The notes below the pieces were generated by a model, which was not told the DNA's origin, ran no database searches, and saw only the letters and a list, made by a program, of their open reading frames with translations. Position numbers and translations under genes: made by a program. From Raillietiella orientalis (Eukaryota), in contig JAYWIR010000093.1 in assembly GCA_036172245.1 (NCBI GenBank), positions 124,001 through 188,000 of the forward strand: 64,000 bases of DNA. Direction: 5' to 3'. This document shows positions 11,421 to 24,600 of the stretch, in pieces. Each line of letters opens with the position of its first letter. Position 1 is the first letter of the stretch.

Positions 11421-14400
11421 GCAATAAATTTGAATCGCGGAATGAACGTATCTATGTATCCTTCATACATGAGGGGGTGAAAACCAATCGGTTTTTCTCG
11501 ATAGTTATATGTTTCTTGGAATGAAAGGGACGGAATAGGTGCACCATTCACAGACAGCGATGTATTTTGCACATGCGGTGGGGAGGCCACGTAGTGATAC
11601 GAGCCGCATTTATTGCGGTTGATTTGTTAGTTTGCAGCACGGGTTGCATCTGCAAGTGTAATGATGGCAAGTTGTAGCTGCTCTATGGAGCTTGCCATGA
11701 GCGCAACATCATCTGCATATGCAAGTGGAATGATACAGGGGTGGTGGTGCTTCAGGATTTTGATAAAGGGTTCGAGCGCGATGTGAAATAATAAACCACT
11801 CAGCGGGCACCCTTGGAGTACTCCGCAACGGATTGGAATTGGGTGGGTTGGTCCTTCCGTGGTTACAATTGCTGTTGTAGATTCCGAATACTTTCCGGAT
11901 ATGATACCATGAAATTGATGACCAGCCCCTAGTAAGGTCAACTTGTCTAGGATGAGCTGGTGGGGGATGGAGGAAAACGCGTCTGTGAAGTTTATTCACG
12001 CGATGGCGATGTCATTGTGGGGGACCTGGGAGCGCTCGACTAGAGTGGTCAGGGCAAAGTTTTGTTCTAAAACACCATCATAAGGAAGAAATCCCTTCTG
12101 ATGATGTCCAAGGATTCCACTGTTGACGATGCACGTTCGCAATCGTTTCGCTAGCATTTTACAGAACAGTTTGTCCATGGTGTTGCAGATGGCGATGGGA
12201 CGGAATTGCGTTACGTCCGTGGGGTCAGATGCTCTAAATTTTGTAATTAGAACTGTACGTGAACTCTTCCGGTCTTTAGGGATTCGCAAGTGCTGAATAC
12301 AAACACTGTAAAGGGCGGCAAGACAAGATCCGTATGGATCAGCTTTTAGGAGGAAGGAGTAGAGGATTCCGTCATTTCCAGGAGCAGTGTCCTAAGAATT
12401 CCGTAATGTGAGCACAACTTCCTCAGGGTAATATTCGTGCAATGACCTTCCCAAGAAGCTGGAGTTGAAGGGCTTTTCTGAAGAATTTCATTAATATTCT
12501 TTGCTGAGAATTTCTCCCTAAAGGTGGTTTCAACTGTCGATAGAGAACCGTTGAATTGGATGGGAGTGGGTTGCGGAAGAGAGCGGATGGCTCGCTTTCT
12601 GTTGCGTCGATACAAGATTTGGAGATGCTCTGGTTAGGTTAGGCGAAAAGCATTGCAGGAAGCAGCTGGTCTTCTAGAAGGGTTGAAGGGACGTATGTTG
12701 AATGTAGAAATGACTTTGTTGAGGATGTCAATGGTACGTTGTCAATTGTCGTTAGACTTTGGTTGCGTTAGGAGAGATGTGAGACTCGGGGTGTAAGCAC
12801 TGAGCACAGAATGTGTTTGTGTGTAGTATATGCTGAGAGTTTGGCAATAACTGTTGTACTTCAGGATTACTCGATGCGGGTTCGTTGCATGAGCGCAAAG
12901 AATACGGGGGAGTTAGATGTATGAGTGCCGCGTCCTGTTGTGAGGTTCGGAAACAGGGGAGTGTGATGGTACTTTCGGAGGTTCAGGGGCTGTCAAAACA
13001 CAGTTTGCTGTGGGTAAGACATCCGTCATTTCTAGGACTGTAGGTGTGACAGGTTCGTGTGTTGCTATTGCAGCATAATGGTTGAATGTGCGTATCGAAG
13101 GAGGAGCACGTGGTGTAGAAAGTGGTTTTTTGCGTTGATTTTGCAGTCGCATGTGCCATCGAGTATGATTGTATGATCCACGCACTGAGGTAAATGTGGC
13201 TTTACAGTTGGGAATGCTACAATGGAGGGAAAGGAATGCCACGTGAAGCTGCGGGGAGAGATGTGTTAAAGCATTGGTGGTGGTGTGTAGGATAGGAGAC
13301 ATCCGAGTTGTATTTCCTACAGAACAACTTGTGTTTGCGAAAAGGTAGCTTGTGTGCAGTGGTTAAGTGGTGTTTGAGAGACCGAAGCGTTTTGCTGGCA
13401 TCGAGAGTTTGTGTCGTCAGGGACAAGAAGGTATTATGGAGCTTAGGATACAGTATACGGGAAATCCCACTAAAAGGACGTTGTTAGATGTAAGAGCCAC
13501 ATCGTTGTTGGCAATAGGCGGAAGTGGAATGCCCGTGAGTGGAGGGGTAGTAGGACGGGAAGTAAGGAGGCGGAAGTGGAATGTCCTTAAGTGGGTGGTA
13601 ATTGGACGGAAAGTGAGGGTGAGGACACAATAGAGGTAGGAATGGCGCTACCGAGAGGTGTGGTTTTTTTACACACTGACGATGAGATCGACGGAATCTA
13701 GGTGGTATTGGATTGTGATTGTATTTTGCACAGGGTTCTTTGAGTATTTTGTAGGGGACAAGGTAGCAGCAGTATGTAATGGTTGCGAGGTGGAAAGTGA
13801 TGGGTTGTCTTCTCTGTTAAGTATTGGAACAGAAATTGATTGTGTGATGCTATGCATGGTGAGTTAAGCCTTCTCTACAGGGCATGATCTTTGATCCGCC
13901 ACAGGAATCCTTCCGAGGGATCGCAGCTTATAGGGAGACGTACTGCCGCTTATGGTGAGAGGTTTGGAAGATGGGTGGGGAGAGTTGACAAGACGCATTA
14001 GGGGTGTTAATTTTCGTGGGCATCACGCGAGGCTGATTTTCCACATCAGCAAATGTGGGTGATGAAGAGGACGGTAGATTTCATTTGACGCGAATCCAGA
14101 GGTGATTGGGCAATGTGATCTGTTTCTAGTTGCACAGGGATGGAAGAATCAGTCAGTGAGATAATTTCGGCCGGCAAAGGTTGGAATGCGTCTTTGTGTT
14201 GTTGGAAAATAGCAATTGCTTCCTGCAGTGCAGGCGTTATCACAGGTTATGGGTCGGGAATCATATTGCTGTGAGGTTGACATTGAGGTGTTGCATTGAG
14301 CGGTGGTTGGTAGGTGCTTTATATTTCGGTGGCAGTCGCTGATTGATCTTCAATCGGGTGTTCGTATGTTGTTATGTTATTAGTGCCAGGTTATTAGTCA

Positions 14401-15012
14401 AAGACTTCGTATAGTAACGATTTCTTGGTTCTTGATGTGCTGTGTGTTGTCCGCTTGTGTGTAGAGTGGTGGCTTTTACGGTCGAAGCTGGATGCACAGG
14501 ACGAGCACGGATATTTAAGTTTTTCCAGGGGACGAGGGAGCTCCACATTTCGAATTAAGTGGGTACATTTATGAGTCGAGGGAATAGTGGAACAGGTTCG
14601 CAGTAAAATCGCATTGATCACAAAAGCAAGTAGAGCTTTGAGGAGTTACACCATGTATACATGTCAGATGCTGCTTCAGGTTACGGGAACGATTGTGCCT
14701 TTCTTCGGCTGAGGATGCGAATTTACAGTCAGGAATAGAGCATGGGCAAGGACGTGGAAACAAGATGCAAATGTATAAACCACGGTCGGCGTCTAAAAAG
14801 GCGGGTTCCAAAGTTTGTTTTTGAACTTCCATGGTTTCAAGGAGTGGCTGTTCTCATGTAACCAGAGTAACGGGGAAATTTCCACAAACGAGAGCGAACG
14901 GAGTTATAGGAGTGCATGCGAGCACGGCGTTGGGGGTACAGCGGCAACCCCAGCTTCGTTGAGCACGGTAAGAGCTTGCTATATGCGCGTCACGTGGTCG
15001 CGCCGCCATCTT
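11420..15012 (-). mobile_element. R2-group (NeSL/Utopia-like) non-LTR retrotransposon, decayed, lacking the 3' endonuclease region
   Basis: Several N-terminal C2H2 fingers (CSIPDC..HLTCIH, CSSC..HKRTTH, CSIPNC..HTRWH), YRRNRKRAIR, FRPIAICNTMDKLF, QKGFLPYDGVLEQNF, GVLQGCPLSGLLF, YADD; many stops and frameshifts. Confidence 0.88.
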
Positions 15013-15519
15013 TAAAACTAACTATTGCAAATAAAAAGAAAACTTAACTAATTGATCAAAAATTTCGGTTTGCACAATATTCCAGAATGCACATAAAGTG
15101 CTAGTTGTTGCTTGTATTGGGGATTGAAGCTCGAAACTAAGAATTGAGATCCTGGGATACCATGTTATAGTAACTATTGTGAATCAATTCACTCGTTGCA
15201 CTGATAATTTCGCTGACGACACAGTGCCAAAACAAAGAACAAAAAAGACGTTTTGGAAAAGAATGAATACTTCTTCCAAAATATTAAGGTCAAAAGGAAC
15301 ATGGGAGTAAGTCTTACTTTGGCCAACCAACAGCTTTCTAGTTAGACTATAGCAGCTGAGGACGCCCAAAGAAGCGATCTTTCGTTTACTACAAAAATCA
15401 CTGTATCAACACGATTCCTTGTGAACGAAGGAAGTAAATCCGTAAGATACACTGAATACAATATAAACCTAGATACTTGGAGAAAATTTCACGAAATTCA
15501 CAATTCAAGTGTCACCTAC

Positions 15520-17322
15520 GGGAGCGACATGAAGACACGTCCGCACGTACAGGCTGATGCTGGCCAACCTGCCGATCTCCTGCCCGGGAACTCCGGCCGG
15601 GACCGCCTATGCTGAGGACTTACTTCTCTTGCTACCCATGTCCATTCCGGCGTTCAGACTCTAAGACTTCTTCGAGCTCATTCTTCGGGGAGCGAACCTA
15701 AGCATCAACAGGACGAAATCAGCCGTTGTACCGGTTGGTTCTTCGTGGGAGGGGCAGTCCGACTGGATCCGCCTGGGGATCTCCACGGGCAGGTGCTTTA
15801 AGTACCTTGGCGTTCCCTTGGGCGCCTTCTGTCCATCGGAAGCGTAGTCGGACTGCCTTCACAAGGCCGAGACTGCTCTGGGCCCGTTCAAAGGCGGCAG
15901 GTTCCTCCTGTGGAGACGGGCCTTCGTGAGGAACGTTTTCGTTGCACCCTCCTTTGTTCCCTCTTTTTTGTTTGCCCCCTCCCTACTCGGCTAAGCGTCG
16001 GGCGAAATGCCTGTTGCGAAACGCCTTGTGGGGACCAGCGAGGTCCAGGATCCGCCTCAAGGACTTGGCGGCTCCTCGTCGGGATGCCGGCTTGGGGACC
16101 CTGACGCTGGAGCGGATCGCACTGCTAGTGCAGTTCCGCATGCTGGCTCTTTGCGCCCAACCTTGGACGACTCCTTGGTGTGCTCCAGCGCGGCTGCTGC
16201 TGAGGCACTACACGGGTGGCGACGGACTGCGTTCGTTGCACGTGCGCACGGAGCGCGTCTTGAGAGTATTCGGCTTCCCTCTGAGGCAGCTCACCTCGCT
16301 TCTGGGAAAGCATACGTGGATCTCCTGCCGGCCGACGAACCTCAACGCCTGGAGGCAGGAAACCTTATCGTCCTGGGCAACGCTGGATGTGTCCCGTTTA
16401 TAAATCCGTTGCGTGAACCTTTCCCCATACTGTCCAGTGGGGGAGGTGCTGGAGGACCAGGACCAGTGGACACGCCTAGCCTCTACGCCACTCGCTGAAG
16501 CACTGTCTGCACTGATCGTGCGAGCCGACAGTGACCTACCAGCGAGGTGGGAGGTCGCTTGCGCTAGTGCAGGCGAAACCCGACTTCTAGGCGGCTGGAG
16601 GACTCGCGAGTGACAAGGGACTTCTTTGGTGGAACGAGCTCCTCGGGGTGCCCCCCGAAGAACTTGTGGTCCCTTCTCCGTGCGTGGACGCGACTGTGTT
16701 CCCCCTTCGGTGGAAACAGGACGCTTTTCTGCTGGTGCATTGGGGTTTGTACTGCAACCAGCGCTTCACCTGGTTTCCGGGGTAGTTGCGTCCCCGAACT
16801 GTGCAAAATGCGGAGCGGTGGAATCGCTTCCGCATTTGCTATTTGAATGCGGTGCCCTCCGGGAGCTGTGGCGGCTGCTGTCTTCAGCGCTCTTCCACCC
16901 CGGACGCACCGCAATGGACTGGATGCTCCTCTTCTTCACGCGTGGCAGTCTTCCTCTGGGAGCGGTCGTCGTAATCATCTGCTGCGTCCGCGACATTGTC
17001 AGGGCCCGCCACGTATTGCAGATGCGAGCAGTCCCAACATCGGTCCCCGACACTGCAGCCTGCAACCCTCAAATGGCTGCCGGGTGGCCACACCTTTGAG
17101 CAGAAGTGAGGACGGAGATTGCCGGTGTTCACTACCGGTTCTGAGAATAGGAACAGCTGGGCTTCAGACCCCTATCCCTACCCTCCCACCATATTTATCA
17201 ATTTATTGTCCCCTCCCTCCCGTTTCGAACTCTCAGTGTGCCCGGCCTGCGTGCCGGGAACCCCACTCCCCATCTTCTGTTCCCCATGCCTGGGAACAGT
17301 TCTCAGATGATTTTATTAATAA
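15520..17322 (+). mobile_element. 5'-truncated Tx1/L1-like LINE ORF2 (RT C-terminus to zinc-binding domain), second subfamily
   Basis: YAED (decayed YADD, ~15608), KYLGVP, RRDAGLG, CAKCGAVESLPHLLFEC; AATAAA at ~17318. Confidence 0.85.
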
Positions 17323-17369
17323 ACGTCCCGGCGCAACCGGGTAATGAACGACGACGCTGCATTCTTTTA

Positions 17370-18470
17370 TCATCTCGTTACCCTCCTGCTTTTTGTTTTG
17401 GTACGCGAGTTTCTTTTCAAGTCGACGTTCTTTCTTCGACTTTTTTTTTGATGTTGCTTCCTGCTACCCAGGCTCCTGGCCGGTTCCCTCGACCTTGTCG
17501 GCGGTGTTTTCTGGGGTCTCGAGTGTGGCCTGCGCCTTGGGCGCGGGCGGTACAGCTTTCGCGGCAGCTTTTGCCGCCTGCCTTTTTTGCAACAGCCGGG
17601 CGCGTTTCTTCAGGTACCTTGTGGACACCACGCGCATGGCTGCTTGTGGGCACACCCCTCGTGTGACCCATTGTGCCGCATACTTGGCACTGTACGTTGG
17701 GGCACCTCTTTTTGAGGGCCCGACGTATTGCAGGAGCCACAGTATTTCGGCTTTCCCACATACCAGAGGTCGACGGTTTCGCCGCCGACCACCAGTTTGT
17801 GGCGAAAGGAACAGCCCTCTCGGACGGTAATGCGTGCAGCCGTGAGACCTCATTGCAGTCCGGTATAGTCCACAAAGGAACTAGGATTTGACCATTGTGC
17901 ATGCCCTGTCCTTATTGTTCCAACGCGGAGCGCACGCTTTCTCTACGCATCCGTGCGGTTACACCTAACAGGTGGACCACCATGCTGTGATCCACCGTTA
18001 TGGGAAGAAGCCTGCATTTCCCCATCACTACTGGGGTTTTGAGCAGACGCTGGGCCAGATCTGCCTGTTCGCAGATCACCTCCACGTACTGCCCCCGCTG
18101 CGGATGGTCATCGCGCAGGGCTCCTCCTCTTGTACGTTGAGAGCGCGCATTCTCTTCGAGAATTCGCGCGCGCACTCGGGACAATAAAGATTGCCTACCT
18201 TGTAGAATAATGAGGGGTTATATCCCTCCTCCACGTAGGCGTTTACTTCCGCGGCGTCTGCAGGCGTTGGCGCTGCCACGACGGTGCTCCACGCCCGCGC
18301 TGCAGCGGAGACCGATTCTGTGGGGGCGGATGACCCTACTTCCATCGTCTCTGGGGACGACGTTGCCACCGCCCCCTCGCACTCACTGGCGGCCGTGTCA
18401 GAATTTGCTTCCTGAGCGACCACCGAACCACTGAACACTTCACTTTGAGGGGAGGGTTTCCGGCGACGAG
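17370..18470 (-). mobile_element. Tx1/L1-like LINE ORF1, inverted, decayed
   Basis: ARAWSTVVA, GYNPSLFYKVG, VDLWYVGKPKYCGSC, CQVCGTMGHTRGVC; homologous to the ORF1 at 10730-11400. Confidence 0.85.
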
Positions 18471-18489
18471 GAGCACTCAGAGAACGCGT

Positions 18490-20420
18490 CCACCCCGCAC
18501 AAGCAAGTTGGTCGACTGTGTCGACCAGGAACTCCTGCTGGGGCTCCTGAAACGCTTGGGATTTCCGGACGTCTTCCTGGCTTACCTGCGCTTTTGCTGA
18601 CTCTTCGCGTTAATTAACATTACATTCAGCGGCCGGCACGTTTATTGCGTACCAATTCACCGCGGCATAAGGCTGGGTGACTGCCTGAGCCTCCTGCTCT
18701 TCTGCATTTACTCTGGCCAACCTGCCGAGCTCGTTCCCCGGCACGCCTGCCGTGTCGGGCTATGCCAACGACCTTCTGCTCCTACTACCCGGGTCCACCC
18801 CGGCATCGGCGCTTGAAAACTTCTTTGAGCTGCTGCTTCGCCGGACGGGCCTTTGGGTGAACAGGGAGAAGTCGTCGTTACTTCAAACTATCACGTCGTG
18901 GGGCGTACGGCCAGACTGGATCTGCTTGGGAATCCCCACGGCTTGGTACATCAAGTACCTTGGCGTTCCGTTTCGGGACTTCTGCGTTGCAGAAGCCTGG
19001 TCCGACCGTCTCCAAAAAGTGGAATTGGCGATCGGACCGTTTCGGAATGGCAAGTTTTACTTGCCAGAACGGGCCGCGGCGTGGAACTCTTTCGCGGCTG
19101 CCCTCCTTCGCCTCTTATATTTTGTGTGCCTCCTCCACCGATTATGAAAAAACCGACCGAGGTTTTCCTAAGAAAAGCTCTTTTGGGCACAAGGAAGTCC
19201 CGTGTCCGATTAAAAGACTTGTGCGCTTCACGCAGGGACGGTGGCTTGGGCCTCCTAACTGTGGAGCGCATGGAGCGGCAGCTCCAATTCAGAAGACTTG
19301 CCCTCGCCTCGAAGTCTTGGCCTTCTCGCAAACTGTACTGCCTGGCTTCAGGAGTCAGTTTCTGCGTGGGCCAAGATCAGCGGCACGAGTGAGGCGGAGT
19401 ACAATTGTCACCGTCGAGGACCCAACGCTTGACAGCCTCTGCAGGAGATCATAAACAACCCGCGCAAGTTTCTGTTCGCTTCCTTGACCCCCCTTGCCCC
19501 CGTGCTGTTCTCCCTCAAGAACATCAGGAAAGCAACGAACGAGTATTGTGGGAAGTGTCCTGCCTCATCCGAGGCAGGAGAAATCCATTGAAGGCATGGA
19601 CGACTCGGGAGTTAGCGGACGCAGAGACCCCGAGCGTCCCGTCTAAAGGAATTGTGCGCTGGAGAGAGCTGCTCGGCATACCTCCGGAGGAGGTGAAGTG
19701 GCCCCCAGCGTGCTGAGATTCTTGCACCCTGTCCCTGGAATGGGAGGAGACGGCGCTGCTAGTGTTCAATTGGGGACTTCTTTGCAAAGCATGCCTCTTC
19801 CATTGGACATCAGGGACAGTGGATGCCAATTGTGCAGCGTATGGGGAACAAGATACCTTCCCCCACCTCATCATCGAGTGTGTTGTCCTTCGACCCATGT
19901 GGGATCGACTGTCCGCGATTTTGAACATTCCCCACGGCGACCCGAAGGACATTTTCCGTCGCCTCCTGATGCAGGACGCCCTGCCAGCAGCCGCGTGTGT
20001 GGCAGTTCTCTGCTGCATACGCATGATCCTGGCAAAATGGACTGCGTCCAACAGAGGACATAACAGCCGGAACGCCTTTTACTGGGCGGCTCTCAAGATT
20101 GAGAAAACTTCCCAGTCGTCCCGGCTAACACCATTACGTTCAGCACTTGTCAGCATCCTGTCCTGAACAGGATGCAGAGAACCACTCGGAGCGAACAGTG
20201 ATCCCTTCCCAGCCCTCCCTTCCTCAAAAACATTTCCCCTTCCTTGGTTTTTATTTGATTTTTCTGTTTTTCTTTGTGGCTTACCCTTCCCCATCGCATC
20301 CTGAGGGGATCTCTGCGTCCTACAAACCGGCAGCGGCAAGTGTGTCCAGATAGGCAGAACCTCGTGTTCTGCCTGCACATACTAAACAACACGAGACTTT
20401 ATTATAAAAATTTTAATAAT
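18490..20420 (+). mobile_element. Tx1/L1-like LINE ORF2 (RT to 3' end), decayed
   Basis: RGIRLGDCLSLLLF, YANDL, IKYLGVP, RDGGLGL, CAAYGEQDTFPHLIIEC, then a 3' UTR ending in an AT-rich tail at ~20400. Confidence 0.88.
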
Positions 20421-20429
20421 GGATGCCCC

Positions 20430-21693
20430 GGCATATCCGGGTGACAGATCCCAGGTACAATAGCCAACGCACGTCTCAATTGGGATTTCCCAATGCAAGA
20501 CCAGTAGCTCCAGCATTTGGCGCTTGCCATTTGAGAGGGAGAGAGCTACTGTTCCAGAATGCAGGAGATCATGACATCTCCTTCGGAGGAATGGCAAGCA
20601 GCACTCCTTAGCGTAGAAATCCTTTGGGTGGACACGTGGGCTGACAGAGTCCGTAAGCTGCCAAGTAGTTCACGCACATGGCAGTTTCTTCTTTCCTACA
20701 ATGCAGCAGGACAGTTTCCACCTTGCCAGATTGTCACTGTCCGTTGCTTCTTCTAGGGAGGGCAGCACTGAGACACGCGTATGGAGCGCGTGGGTAGGTC
20801 ATGCAAAAACAGATGAGCTGAGCTATTCTACGAGTTGGTTACGTCACTCCGGAAGCGCAAGGATCGCTGAGAAGGAACCGATGAAAAGGTAGCGCGGATT
20901 GACGCGTGTGTATGCCAAGACTGTCTGTATGAAAGAAGCAGAGTTCGGGAGCTGCATGGACGCAATAGGCGAACGAACAACTGTCGATAGGCGCATGCGC
21001 TGCTTCTGGACGAGCAGAGTGCTTGGTAGGCAACTTTTTCGCTGGCACGCAGGGGTGAGATGTCTGAGTTCCCTCTGGCTAGGGAGTTCATTCATACAAC
21101 AGATGGGGAAAAGTCAATATCGGATCGGTATGTCCTCGGACTCCACGGGTGAGCTGAATCTTCCAAGGACTGGTCATCTTCCTGACCAAGAGGATGGAAA
21201 TCCAACGTAGCAGCAGTTGCAATGCGGAGTGCTGCCGCTTCAGGGGAAACACCGAGCTGTCCTTCAACACTGCGAGGATGTCGACGTCTTCCACTGCTCA
21301 ATGGGTAGGCGGAAACGGGTGGCTTTCTCGTGACGTTTTTGTTCTATCGTGTCCGCCAGTCTCCATCTGTTTCATCGTCACGTGAGGAGGGGCGTGGTCT
21401 TGAGGTGGTCGTTTTTAAGCTCTGTTGGCAACGTCATTTTGTTGAAGCTATTCTGCACCCTGCAGAGCTTTGCATATGCGGCATGTGAGTATCCGCTGGA
21501 ATCCTTGCTGCATCGAAGGTGGTTGGGTTCTCCGTCGGTTTGGCTGCAGGCACCAACCAAGTCTTCCTTCGGCTGTGCATCCTTGAGGCGCAGACGGTGG
21601 TAGAGGAAGCGCGACAGAGCTGCTGGACAAAATTCTTCACCGGTTCCAAGGGATCGGTGCTTGGAAACATGCCAACAAGAGAAGATTAACCAT
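20430..21693 (-). pseudogene. Candidate endogenous viral element: degenerate Mononegavirales-like nucleoprotein
   Basis: Kozak-context ATG (GTCGCCATGG, ATG at 21693) then ~1.25 kb of broken intronless frame with CYVG/ILLVRKMTSPWKIQLTRGVR and FYAKECCLPFLRRRCHDLLHSG, loosely resembling N proteins. Match is weak. Confidence 0.4.
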
Positions 21694-24600
21694 GGCGACG
21701 ATGGATTACAAGCTTCTGGAGGTGGAAATGGTTCGTGTCGATTAGTCTCCGGCTGCCGGCTGCTTGTTCGCGTTTTTGTCTTCGCCTGTGTCTGTCGATG
21801 CAGGTTGCACAGAGTCTTGTATGTAGCTGAAGCTCACAGTGCTCACAGTCCCGTGGAGGCAGAAGTTTCTTTCCCATGAATCTTGGGGACGTTCTTGGTT
21901 TCCTAACTGCTGAGCCCTATAATTGCTACCGGGAGGGTTGCTTGCCTTTTCTGCTTATAAGTAAGCTGAGGATTGCCTCATGGCTTTTTGCACTAATCGG
22001 GGAACGAATCCAAAGTCCGGATAAGTGGATGAACGACACTATCTGATGTCCCTGGTATTACCGCTGTATACCTTAGTGTTTAGGTTGGAGTAGCCACAAA
22101 GTCTGGGCTTGCCATGCCATGTAGTAAGTTAACATTCAGACCAGAGAATGGACCAATGTGATGCGCTTCTTGTATACGTTGTTTCATTTCCGCAGTCTTT
22201 CATCAGGGATTATGTTCATGTGGATGGGCGCATCCTTGGTCCGCTGTCATGACCCAACTCGCACTAAAATTTCTTGCCCGGGCTGAATTTTGACGTCAAT
22301 GACGTTCATGTTCGGAATATCCGGCTGAAATAGAAGCGTCAACAAAAACGTAAACATTTGGAAACTTCTATCTCGGGACCTAATTCACAAAAGTAGAAAC
22401 AATCCATACTGTATCAAATGCAATCCACTTCAAACTACTAACTTTCTGGATGGGATCATGAGCCCAAAGGATCACAGTAGTTCTCTCTCAGCATTCGGCC
22501 AATCCGTTATGAACCACGTCAGCTAAACGTGTATTATGGAGCAGAGCTAAATTCAACAAGACGAAAAAGCACCAAAGACAGCAACGGAACGTATGCAAAA
22601 GATGAGAGCTGATCGGAACCATTGACATGAAGATCAAGAAAAAGGTGCAGATATGCCATCTTCTGCATCCAAGGATCACAAAGAATACAAATGGTTCAAC
22701 CAGAAGTACAAGAAACAGATGTGCAGCCGTCCTCATCGATTATGCTTGTTCACCCATAACTGAACAAGATCGAGAGAGAAACTACGCGTCTGAGCAAGGT
22801 CTCTCATATCCCCAACACAGGAAATCCAGAGAAGTCAAATCATGGAACCACATCCACCAAATGACCTCGCTGCCTTGACCACTTCTCATTTCTGGAACTC
22901 TTCATACAACCTTCCGGACTACTAGGTACCAAGAAACCATTCCTCCATAACAAGATATTTGGCTCCGGAATTTGTCATCTCGCAGACTGTCCCATGAGGA
23001 AGTTATCTATCATTTGATTGCTTGATATTTGTTACGAACTGATCCAAATGGATGCACAGTGTACGTCTGAAACGCTCGTTCGCGCGAGGGCAAAATGGCG
23101 ACGGCCCGTCGTAACGCGGAGCTCCGTGCGACGCCGTGGGTAAATTTCAATTTCGTGGAAGCGTTAGTGCAGCTGTTTTTAAAAAGAACAAGAACACATG
23201 ACCCAAGCACGTTGCATTGCATTTTATTCAAATTTTGGGGGAATAAAATCGGTGATACAATTCTGAACAACGAGAATCAGACTTGAAAGTAGAAAATTGT
23301 TTAAACAGAGTGCATATCAACGAAACGCAAATGCCTTTTCTTTCTTTAATTTAAGCAGTAAGAACTCTCAGATTTTTTTTTTTTTTTTTTGCATTGAAGT
23401 GAAACAATAAGTATTCAACCGTTATGGAGTTTAAGATGCAGTTTTTATCCTTTATAAACATATTATCCAGGTATAGGAGAATGTATCCTTTTGTTTTGTA
23501 CAGTAGCCACTGTACGTTGAATGGAAGGGAGCTCCATTATAAGATCAACAGTAGGTTTCATCATCTGTTGGTCTCCTGCTTTCGCATGACAGAAACTTTC
23601 GGAGCCTTTTATTCAAACCTTGCCACAGGTGTGCTCTGCCATGTTAAGTATTCACCCGAAGTGATGACTTGTTGAGAATATTCATTTATGCTTCCAAAGT
23701 CTGCGTACCCAAATGGGACTTCATGGACAATTTTGTGCACTACATTTGCACTTCATCCACTTACAAGATTCACAAAGCACTTTGAAGACTGATGAGTGGT
23801 GTCCAGAGTTCTCACACTTGCTGGGGAGCATATTGTTGGTGGATGATGATTGGGAAAGCTATAGAAATTCGACATGAGCTATGATACTTAGTGGAGTTTC
23901 CAAAGTACTACAGCTTTGTTGTATCTTTCTCACATCTGTTAACATGTTCTGTGTACAGAGTGCACGATACTACTCCATACATTCAGAGAATACTATCTGT
24001 TCATGCATCTTGTGTTTCTTGCCATGAAAAAATATCAACCTCTTTACAATACTTATAAAAGGAAATAAGCAGCCATTACATTTGTCTGCTTATAAGCATT
24101 CTGTAATTTGAAGAATTTGGAACAATCATCCCAATTGTCTGTCATCCACAGACTATATTCACTTTCAAATCCTGGATAACATTCATCCACGTAAGCAATA
24201 TTTCGGCAAAGATGCAATTCCAAAATGAGTAATGTCTCAATTCCATAAAATTCCATAAAGGCAAACAACATTTAACACAAGGGTGCTTTTCCTGACTACA
24301 TTGTTAAAATTACAGGGAGATATTTATAAAAGTGACAGTTGCAAAGCATCCTAACCCTGGTAGTCAGAGAAACACAAGGATTTCATTGCAAACTATGAGA
24401 TTATATTTTCACAGACACTTATGCACTTAGCAACCACAGGATCATTGTGATAAAAAGGATATAATTGTACTGCATAGTAATTTCATCATGCAGTAGCGAA
24501 AAAGCCCAACAGCTGAACATTACCTAATAAATTCCCTTTAGTAGGGTTACGGTAGGTAAGTTTATTCTTAAATGATGTTGCCTGAATTTTTTTCCACATC

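Noticed and set aside
15370..15378. ATCGCTTCT on the minus strand, matching the U2 snRNA 5' end near the Utopia-like element
   Set aside because: Only 9 nt match, the rest does not follow U2, and it is ~360 bp from the element end.
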